Below, piece by piece: positions 52,231-64,000 of a DNA stretch of 64,000 bases (its first letter is position 1; every line of letters begins with the position of its first letter). This DNA comes from Octopus sinensis. Its lineage: Eukaryota. The DNA lies in the NCBI RefSeq assembly GCF_006345805.1, contig NC_043000.1, positions 7,378,001 to 7,442,000 of the forward strand. The letters are read 5' to 3'. The translations under genes were made by a program, and so were the position numbers. Below the pieces are notes generated by a model. That model did no database searches, was not told where the DNA came from, and saw nothing but the letters and a program-made list of their open reading frames with translations.

Positions 52231-52949
52231 TGTGTATTTACTGCAGCTGTCCAGGTTTGTTAGATGTCAGGATATTAATGAAAAAAATGCTCATTCTGTA
52301 TCTGATCATTGATATTGTTTCTGTGGTCAAGATTTCTACTCTCAAACAGTCCAGTCAACTCAGTTGTAAGTAAATACAATTCTGTGTAGATTATTGAGGT
52401 AAGCAATGACAGCAAATGTATAATTGGCAAGTTTACACTCTTATAAGGCTGAGTGCTAATCCTCTTGGGAAAATCGCTTGGAGAAAAATATACCTTGCTA
52501 AGCTAGCAGTCTTCAAGTAAGTTAGGAAACTCTTAATTCAGTTTTAAGATTGTTTGCATAATAATACACAATGTTTTGAAATGGAAAGTGCAGCATTTTA
52601 TCTCTGTTATCACTTAACATCCAGCTTCCATGTTGGCTTAGACTGGGTGATTTGTCAGATTCTGATGTGTTGGCGGACTGTGTCACTCTACCGTCTTGTT
52701 AGGTAAGAGTTCTATGGATGGATACATTTCCTATGTCAACTACTTTATAGAGTGTACTAGTTGCTTTTCTTATGATTGCAGCACTAATGATGATTGCCTC
52801 ATAACTTACAAGGCGAAGGACCTAAAGTAGCTCCTATAACAGGGAAGCATATAAAAGGTGGGGAAAAATACTTAAAATATAAAATGCTGAAGTCAAACAA
52901 AAAATTGAAATGGAAGAAATCCTCTAATGCTTATTATTATTACCCAGTG

Positions 52950-53570
52950 GATGAAGGCAGCGAGATGGCCGAGTGAGTAACACGCTGGACAAAATACTTA
53001 GCAGCATTTCTTCCAGTTTTACATTCTGAGTTCAAGTTCCACGGAGGTCAACTTTGCCCTTCAAGCTTTCAGGGTCAGTAAAATAAGTATCAGTTTAAGG
53101 GGATGAGTTGGTAAAATTGTTAGCACGCAGGACAAAATGCTTAGCAGTATTTCGACCATTGCTACATTCTGAGTTCAAATTCCGCCGAGGTCGAATTTGC
53201 CTTTCATCCTTTCGGGGTTGATTAAATAAGTACCATTTACGCATGGGGTCAATATAATCGACCTAATCTGTTTGTCTGTCCTTGTTCATCTCCTCTGTGT
53301 TTAGCCCCTTGTGGGTAGTAAAGAAATAGGTATTTTGCTCATTGTTACGTTCTGAGTTCAAATTCTTTGCCTTCCATCCTTTCAGGGTTGATGAAATAAG
53401 TACCAGTTACGCACTGGGGTAGATGAAATCGACCTTCCCCCTCCCCCAAATCTCAGGCCTTGTGCCTAGAGTAGAAAAGAAAATAAGTACCAGTTGAGCA
53501 CTGAAGTCAATGTAATTAACTTGCCCCCTCTCTCAAAATGTCAGGTCTTTCTATATTAGAAAGAATTATT
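52950..53570 (+). mobile_element. Nested family-A SINEs
   Basis: The inner element 53096-53479 is flanked by AAAATAAGTA(T/C)CAGTT at 53080-53095 and 53480-53495. Confidence 0.8.
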
Positions 53571-54029
53571 ATTCTACATTTGCAAGACTTGTTAGATTGG
53601 CCAACTCTTCAGCGCATTAACTGAACCATTAGTATCTTAGAGGAGTTATGGCCCTTTACATTCTAACTTCAAGTCCTGTCAAAGCTGACTTCGGCTGTTA
53701 GTCTTCTGGGATCGATAAAATAAAATATTTATTGATATAATGAGCTGTTTTTACCAACAATTTCTGACCTTTTGCTTCTATAAATTATCATAAATAGGTA
53801 CAGGTATGGCTGTGTGGTTAAGAACCTTGCTTCCCAACCATGTGGTCTCAGATTAAATCCCGCTGCATAATACTTTAGGCAAGTGTCTTTTACTATCCCT
53901 GGGTCAACCAGGGATAGTAACCAGGAATTTTTGAGTGGATTCAGTCGACAGAAACTGCTCATTATCTACATATGTACTTGTGTGAGTGTGTTTGTGTGTA
54001 TCCTTGTCTTGACATGTATGATTGTAAAT

Positions 54030-54251
54030 AAGGCGGCGAGCTGGCAGAAACGTTAGCTCGCCGGGTGGAATGCGTAGCCGTATTTCGTCTGATGTTACGT
54101 TCTGAGTTCAAATTCCGCCGAGGTCGACTTTGCCTTTCATCTTTTCGGGGTCGATTAAATAAGTACCAGTTACGCACTGGGGTCGATATAATCGACTTAA
54201 TCCGTTTGTTTGTCCCCTCTGTGTTTAGCCCCTCGTGGGTAGTAAAGAAAT
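54030..54251 (+). mobile_element. Young family-A SINE with a 16-bp TSD
   Basis: TSD ATGTATGATTGTAAAT at 54014-54029 and 54252-54267. CpGs are intact. Confidence 0.93.
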
Positions 54252-54457
54252 ATGTATGATTGTAAATGAGCATTACCATCAGACAAACATTGTTGTTCCT
54301 CAGTCTCCCATGAATAACATGTTTGGGCATGGGGAAATATTACCTTGCTTAGAAACAAGTGAGGATAGGTGACAGGAAGGGCATCTGACATTAGAAAAAT
54401 CCACCTTAACAAATTCTATCTGACCCATGCAAGCATAGAAAATTGAATGTTAATATC

Positions 54458-54689
54458 TGTTTCTTTATTGCCCACAAGGGGCTAAACACAGAGGGGACAA
54501 ACAAGGACAGACAAACGGATTAATCGATTACATCGACCCCAGTGCGTAACTGGTACTTAATTTATCGACCCAGAAAGGATGAAAGGCAAAGTCGACCTCG
54601 GCGGAATTTGAACTCAGAACGTAACGGCAGACGAAATACGGCTACGCATTTCGCCCGGCGAGCTAACGTTTCTGCCAGCTCGCCGTCTT
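54458..54689 (-). mobile_element. Young family-A SINE with a 17-bp TSD
   Basis: TSD AATTG(A/G)ATGTTAATATC at 54441-54457 and 54690-54706. Confidence 0.93.
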
Positions 54690-54788
54690 AATTGGATGTT
54701 AATATCATTTATGGTTATGCATTATCAGACTGACCTCAAGAGTTTATCCTAGCCATTACATCTCAAAAACATCCTATGAAAGAGGTTC

Positions 54789-57088
<2,300 letters not shown>

Positions 57089-57837
57089 CTATGGCCTTTC
57101 ACCTGTGTGCTGTTCTGTAACCATCTGGGTGGCAGCAATGAGAAAACTTATCTGTATTTGCACACGGTCTTTGTTGATACAGACAAGACACATATATCTG
57201 CGAATACTCTAGTTTCTCCTCTCCCTGAGCAGATAAATCTTTTGCCTATAAACACAGATACACCATACAAACTATAAGAATAGCTGCTATTCTTTAACAT
57301 GTTTCCTCCATACAGGCTGCAAGAACAGCTGCTCTGCGTATCGCCTGGCCATTACATCTCAAGAACATTCTAAAAATGGTATATATTTCCCTAGTTGCCA
57401 ATCTATGTACTTTATATGGTACACCTATTTAAGTAGCAGCGACACTATGAGATACTTTGAATAAACCTATGATTTCTGTAATAACCTCAGGGAATCTTTA
57501 TCCTGTTTCTGTACACTCTCAAATTAACAGCCTTGTATGGCCTAACCTTCTGTCTGTTACGACGACCAGTGTTCCAGTTGATCCAATCAATAAACCGCCT
57601 GCTTGCGACATTAACGTGCAAGTGGCTGAGCACTCCACAGACACACTTACCGTTTACATAGTTCACGGAGATTCAAAGGGACACACTGAATGGGACGAGA
57701 CTGGTCCATTGATCTAAAGGTACGACTCATTTTTGTCAGCTGAATGGACTGGAGTAACATGAAATAAAGCATCTTGTTCAAGGACACAATACGCCGCCGG
57801 GAGTCGAACTTACGATCATGAACCGAATACACTAACC

Positions 57838-58054
57838 TATTTCTTTATTGCCCACAAGGGGTTAAACACATAGAGGACAAACAAGGACAGACAAAGGGAT
57901 TCAGTCGATTACATCGACCCCAGTGCGTAACTGGTACTTATTTAATCGACCCCGAAAGGATGAAAGGCAAAGTCGACCTCGGCGGAATTTGAACTTGGAA
58001 AAACCACGAAGCATTTCGCCCGGCGTGCTAACGTTTCTGCCAGCTCGCCGCTTT
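57838..58054 (-). mobile_element. Young family-A SINE inserted in the tRNA head of a family-D SINE
   Basis: Perfect 17-bp TSD AACCGAATACACTAACC at 57821-57837 and 58055-58071. Confidence 0.92.
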
Positions 58055-58603
58055 AACCGAATACACTAACCACTAAGCCACTCACCTTAAAAGCCCTGAA
58101 TAGCAACAACCTTAAAACTCTCCATTGTTATCTCAACTTATCTAATTTATCTTATTTGGTATTACTCCGTTTATTTTGCTTCATTTATCACCTTTCTACC
58201 ATCCAACATTCACCAGTTATTTATTTACCTTACTATTATTCAATAATTACATTATTCATTTGCTTATCATCAACAATGGTATTTACAGGCGAGCATGTGC
58301 TCTAGGCATGCAATAATATACATACATGTGTATTTATGTATTGCACATGTCATGGGTATAAACTCAAAACTACTCAGGTGTCAAAACGCATCAGGAAATG
58401 TTATATGTATGAGTTACTCCCCTTCAATAATCAAACTTCAAAATGTCATATTTCTTATATTCCAGAAAGACAGCGAGCTGACAGAAATTGACATTTCTTC
58501 CGGCTCACATCACGTTCAGAGTTCAAATCCCGCTAAAGTCGATTTTGCCTTTCATCCTTTTGGGTTTGATAAAATAAAGTTCCAATCTAGTATTTGGGGG
58601 TTG

Positions 58604-59042
58604 GGATCTTTTCGGTTTGAACGGCAGTTTTTTAAAATAATTTCCACGTAACTAAAAAATTTTAAACTTCGTATACTGGTAGAATGTGTTTATAAAACAT
58701 CTTTTTCTCTTGGCTTTATTGAGAAAATTCTATAGTTTGTAAGATATTTGTTGTTGTTTTTCTTCAATTTCTGCAATTTCAACCTATAATTGACGTCTAT
58801 TGAGGTGAAAAACATTCTGTGCTGTATGCATATGTCCCTCGTTTAAGAAACAGATTGGGTTTATTTACATTTCTGAAGAAAAAAGATACCCTTACCCCCA
58901 CCCCTAACCCTAACCGTAATCCTAACTAACCCTAACCCTAAAACAGATTGAAATGCAATAGATCGATACTAGGGTCATGATTATGGGTGACAATTTCATA
59001 TGACACCGCTAGAAAAAACTGCCGTTTAAACCGAAAAGATCC
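58604..59042. mobile_element. MITE with 30-bp TIRs, an 8-bp TSD and internal telomeric hexamers (Merlin-like, inferred)
   Basis: TIR GGATCTTTTCGGTTT(G/A)AACGGCAGTTTTTT with one mismatch. TSD GGGGGTTG at 58596-58603 and 59043-59050. It splits a family-A SINE. Confidence 0.88.
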
Positions 59043-59634
59043 GGGGGTTGATGTAATCGAATAGCCCCCTCCTCATTTTCAGGCCCTGTTCCTACAATAG
59101 AAAGGAAATACTAGGTATCTCCAGGGCGGCAAGCTGTCTGAATCGTAGTGTGCCAGGCAAACTGCTTGGCGACATTTCGTCCGTCTTTACATTCCGTGTT
59201 CAAATTCTGCCGACGTCGACTTTCATCCTAACGGGGTCGATGAAATCAGTACCAGTTCAACACTGGGATTAATGTAATCCATTTAATCCCTCCCACCGAA
59301 ATTACTGGCCAATTACGTGCCTCTGTAACGATAAAGTTTTATTTTTGTAACGATGCCTGTTATGGTGCAGCGTTGGGATCACCAGTTTGTAATGGTTGGA
59401 GTTTATTGAGTTTATATGGTAAATATATGGTAAATATATGGTAAATAATAGTGTGGTAAATGATAGTTGATACACAGTAGAATGGAATGTCGGAATCATA
59501 ATCAGTTTGTAAGGATTGGTTCTTCATTGATTGCCATTATGTAAAGATGAAAGAACAGTTGTGAAGAAAATATTTATTTTTACCGTTACATTATACAATA
59601 CCTTGCCTCAACGGGCAGGTGATAAGATCCTAGA

Positions 59635-59880
59635 GCATCATCATCATCATCATCGTTTAACGTCCGTTCTCCATGCTAGCATGGGTTGGACGGTTCAACT
59701 GGGGTCTGGGAAGCCAGAAGGCTGCACCAGGTTCCAGTCTGATCTGGCAGTGTTTCTACAACTGGATGCCCTTCCTAACGCCAACCATTCCATGAGTGTA
59801 GTGGATGCTTTTACGTGCCATGGCACGAGGACCAGAGGAGGCTGGCAAACGGCCATGATCAGTTGGTGCTTTTACATGTC
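59635..59880 (-). mobile_element. RTE-tail SINE or 3' fragment (family C)
   Basis: (CAT)n tail and GGATGCCCTTCCTAACGCCAACC, as in 20664-20830. Confidence 0.85.
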
Positions 59881-61248
59881 ACATGAAGTAAAAATGTTAA
59901 TTTCGTCCTGTATGTTCTTATTGTAGTAGTAAACCATGGAGAGAGAGAGATGTGGTAATGTGCAGAGAAAAGAAAGTGAGTTAGTGAAAGTTGTGGAGTC
60001 GTGGGAAGTAGTCTCATAGCTGCTGACAGTAAACTTCATTTCTCCCCTTGACCATCTGTCTTTAGTAGTTGCCTGCTTGTGACCTTGATTCTTGTGGTCA
60101 GTTCACTAACTGATGGTACCTCTCTCTAACTCGAGTTGTCACTCACTGACTAACTGAGGTGTCACCAAGTGACTAACTGACTTTTGCTTGGGGGTTCTTG
60201 TTTTTATAACTATCCAGAAGTATAGACATATCATTGAGAACAATGCATTTCGTTGGTGGTACTTGTTATCTTAATTCTAGCTTTTGGTGAAGTAGAAGAG
60301 GTTAGAAGGATCAAGTGGTGAAGACATTATTTCGGCCTAGCTAAGGCATCTGACAAATGTAAACTGTCACAGAAAAACTATTGTTCCACTGTGAGAAAAG
60401 TTCTGTTGAACTGTTACTTGAAATTTGGCTATGGTGGATTGAATCAATTTCATGCCTGCAAGATTCACTCCACCTCTATTTATTCTAGGTCGACTTCCTT
60501 TACTGTACATTCACATCACACCAGCAAGAGATTTATGCTGACCAAAGGAAAATATTCATCTACCATATTGTTTGTTGTAGGTCTTTAACTGAAATGATTA
60601 ACTGTTGATTCAAAAGTGTCAACATTTGATGCAATTCATAAGTTCCAGCCAGTTTGGGATACTGGCTGACCATATTAAACTATTTATACTCTTCTCTTGT
60701 ACTGGGTACTTTTTTCCTTCCATTCATTCACATTAACATCATTTTATACATCCATTTATATTATTTTTATAGAAATAACTTAGTGTTTACTATTTAATGT
60801 CTAGATCTCTGCAGGGCCACAAAGACTAAAGTGCCAGTGAAAAGGAAAGGAAGAAGAGACCATGACCCATTAGAACAAATGCCTTAGAGATCTTGTCCAA
60901 AAGTCTGCAACAGAGTAAACTTTACAAAAGGCTCCCAGTGGGGCATGAGACATTTCGGCACAACTGTTCTGGTGCTGCCAATTTAGAGTTGCTTATTTGA
61001 TGCTGACATATTTGACATCAGATGTTTAAATTTTTCTGTGGGTATGCTGGGGTACCAGCTTGAAGAATTTTTAAGTTGAACGAATCAATCCCACCATCTT
61101 TTTATTTTTTTCAAAGCTTGGTATTTATATTATTGGGCTCTTTTGCTGAACTGTTAAACACACCAACACCATTTGTCAAGTGGTAGGAGGGGGACAGATA
61201 GAGAACAAAAACAGACAGAAAACACACACACACACACACACATTCAAC

Positions 61249-61712
61249 GTTGGGCCTCACGGAGGCAAAGTGGCTGAGTACCTTTCAAGTGTTGGGCCTC
61301 GTGGAAACGTAGTGGCTGAGTTCCTTTTGAGCTGGTCTCATGAAGGCAAGGTGGATGAGTTCATTTCGAGTGTTGGGCCTTATGGAGGCAAAGCAGCTGA
61401 GCTCCTTTCAAGTTTTGGGCCTCACAGAGGCAATGGCCAAGACCTTTGGCATTATGTCATGCTTCAGAAGAAGACCCGTCAAGCTGAGCAAAATCACAGT
61501 CGTGACAGATACTGGTGTCACACAAATGGCACCTGTGCCAGTGGCACGTAAAAGCACCCATTGCACTCTTGGAGTGGTTGGCATTAGGAAGAGCATGCAG
61601 CCGTAGAAACCATGCTGAATCAGACTGGAGCCTGGTGCAACCTTCCAGTATGCCAGCCCAGTCAAACCGACCAACCCATGCCAGCATGGACAACGGACTT
61701 TAAATGATGATA
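61249..61712 (+). mobile_element. RTE 3'-derived element with four tandem, roughly 42-bp units at its 5' end
   Basis: Units start at 61249, 61291, about 61332 and 61372. A fifth runs into LGLTEAMAK and then the family-C 3' region with its (GAT)n tail. Confidence 0.75.
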
Positions 61713-62571
61713 ATACACATATATGATGGGCTTCTTTCAGTTTCCATTTAAAAAGTCCACTCACAAGGCATTGGTCAGCCCAAGGCTATAGTAGAAGACA
61801 CTTGCTCAAGGTGTCACATTGTGGGACTGAACCTGGAACCATGTGGTTGGGAAGTAAGCTTCTTAGCACACAGCCATGTTTTTTTAAAAGACATAAGGAC
61901 CCTCCCTGTGAAAAGTTGTAGTGTTCATGTCTCTTTCAAGGCATAAGTAGTGTGACTTAACTGGACTTCCATGAACTAAGAATTAGGACCCAGTTATGGT
62001 CTTGATTCACCAGAAGCTAATCTATTGCTCATTAAAATACTGAATCGAATACTGGTTTCACATTTTGGTACAAGGCCAGCAATTTCAGGAGAGGAGCTAA
62101 GTTGATTACATCAACCCCAGTACTCAAGTAGTACTTATTTCATCGGCTCCTAAAAAATGAAAGGCAAAGTCAACCTTGGCAGAATTTGAACTCAAAATGA
62201 AAAAAATAGAGAAAATACCACAAAGCATTTCGTCTGGTATATGAATGATTCTGTCAGCTTGAATTAAATACGGATTCTGTATTCAAGAACATTGGAGTTA
62301 ATACTTAGTATTTAGCTTCATCCCACTGCATTTTGAGTTCAAGTCCTGCCAATGATGGCTATGCATCTCAGCCTCTGTTGTTAGATGAATTCCAAGTATT
62401 ATTTTCTTGTGTTAATACAAGAAATGATACTCTTTCATATAAATTTCTTTCAAAGTTAGGAATCAATATTGTTGTCTCGCTAAGGCAAAAATCAATCGTT
62501 AAAGGAAATGGATATAGTAAAGGTAATCAATTTTACGATATTAATGATTATTAGTTTATTGATCTTAATGC

Positions 62572-64000
62572 TGGTGCCATGTAAAAAGCATGTGTGCCAG
62601 TGCTATGTAAGAAGTGCTTGCTTTGGTTCTATGTAGAAAAACAATTGTTTGGGGCCAAGTAAAGAGCATTTGTGCCAGTGTTATGTAAGAAGTGCTTGCT
62701 TTGGTTCTATGTAGAAAAACAATTGTTTGGGGCCAAGTCAAAAGCATGTGTGCCAGTGCTATGTAAAAGTGCTTGCTTTGGTTCTATGTAGAAAAACAAT
62801 TGTTTGGGGCCAAGTAAAGAGCATTTGTGCCAGTGTTATGTAAGAAGTGCTTGCTTTGGTTCTATGTAGAAAAACAATTGTTTGGGGCCAAGTAAAGAGC
62901 ATTTGTGCCAGTGCTATGTAAGAAGTGCTAGCTTTGGTTCTATGTAGAAAAACAATTGTTTGGGGCCAAGTAAAAAGCATGTGTGCCAGTGTTATGTAAG
63001 AAGTGCTTGCTTTGGTTCTATGTAGAAAAACAATTGTTTGGGGCCAAGTAAAGAGCATTTGTGCCAGTGTTATGTAAGAAGTGCTTGCTTTGGTTCTATG
63101 TAGAAAAACAATTGTTTGGGGCCAAGTAAAGAGCATTTGTGCCAGTGTTATGTAAGAAGTGCTTGCTTTGGTTCTATGTAGAAAAACAATTGTTTGGGGC
63201 CAAGTAAAGAGCATTTGTGCCAGTGCTATGTAAGAAGTGCTAGCTTTGGTTCTATGTAGAAAAACAATTGTTTGGGGCCAAGTAAAAAGCATGTGTGCCA
63301 GTGTTATGTAAGAAGTGCTTGCTTTGGTTCTATGTAGAAAAACAATTGTTTGGGGCCAAGTAAAGAGCATTTGTGCCAGTGTTATGTAAGAAGTGCTTGC
63401 TTTGGTTCTATGTAGAAAAACAATTGTTTGGGGCCAAGTCAAAAGCATGTGTGCCAGTGCTATGTAAAAAGTGCTTGCTTTGGTTCTATGTAGAAAAACA
63501 ATTGTTTGGGGCCAAGTAAAGAGCATTTGTGCCAGTGCTATGTAAGAAGTGCTAGCTTTGGTTCTATGTAGAAAAACAATTGTTTGGGGCCAAGTAAAAA
63601 GCATGTGTGCCAGTGTTATGTAAGAAGTGCTTGCTTTGGTTCTATGTAGAAAAACAATTGTTTGGGGCCAAGAAAAAAGCATTTGTGCCAGTGCTATGTA
63701 AGAAGTGCTAGCATTGGTTCCATGAAGAAAAACACTTGTTTGGGGCCAAGTAAAAAGCATGTGTGCCAGTGCTATGTAAAAAGTGCTTGCTTTGGTACCA
63801 TGAAGAAAAACACTTGTTTGGGGCCAAGTAAAAAGCATGTGTGCCAGTGCTATGTAAGAAGAGCTTGCTTTGGTTCTATGTAGAAAAACAATTGTTTGGG
63901 GCCAAGTATAAAGCATTTGTGCCAGTGCTATGTAAGAAGTGCTTGCATTGGTTCCATGAAGAAAAACACTTGTTTGGGGCCAAGTATAAAGCATGTGTGC
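62572..64000. repeat. 78-bp tandem satellite, at least 18 units, running off the window end
   Basis: Unit GTAAAGAGCATTTGTGCCAGTGTTATGTAAGAAGTGCTTGCTTTGGTTCTATGTAGAAAAACAATTGTTTGGGGCCAA. The 26-aa periodicity of ORF 62759..63994 mirrors it. Confidence 0.97.

Noticed and set aside
59302-59499. Minus-strand ORF or possible NUMT
   Set aside because: No recognisable mitochondrial gene motif; it contains a short ATATGGTAAAT triplication typical of non-coding DNA.
62759-63994. 411-aa ORF with a 26-aa repeat as a repeat protein
   Set aside because: A 78-bp unit without a stop in one of six frames is unremarkable. A 77-bp unit near 62760 breaks the frame, and there is no unique N- or C-terminal domain or splice evidence.

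Overview
AT-rich, repeat-dense animal genomic DNA. The SINE, RTE and MITE families look like those I recall from coleoid cephalopods, most likely Octopus (inference). The only host gene I can support is the 3' part of a heat shock factor gene (HSF1-like) on the + strand. It has five coding exons (1251-1393, 8751-8862, 25310-25348, 35586-35640, 37349-37560) that splice in frame through GT-AG introns of about 7.4, 16.4, 10.2 and 1.7 kb. They encode the HR-C repeat and the acidic C-terminal domain. The rest is intron and intergenic DNA holding RTE, CR1 and CRE-like LINE fragments, several SINE families, TTAA (piggyBac-like), hAT-like and Merlin-like MITEs, microsatellites, an 18-bp minisatellite and a 78-bp satellite. 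Five observations stand out. (1) A tRNA-headed short element carries a Penelope-type minimal hammerhead ribozyme and a fold-back 5' junction (51.2-51.5 kb), with a second hammerhead-like family at 31 kb. (2) A near-identical inverted copy of 1.8 kb of HSF intron lies 38 kb away, ends exactly at a CR1 tail, and carries a (GAT)19 to (GAT)245 expansion. (3) A C4HC3 PHD finger sits inside the RTE reverse transcriptase. (4) There are candidate alternative HSF splice events: a 39-nt microexon, a stop-containing exon, and an in-frame internal acceptor that removes the acidic domain. (5) A Merlin-like MITE carries telomeric hexamers. All alignments were done by eye and no database searches were run.
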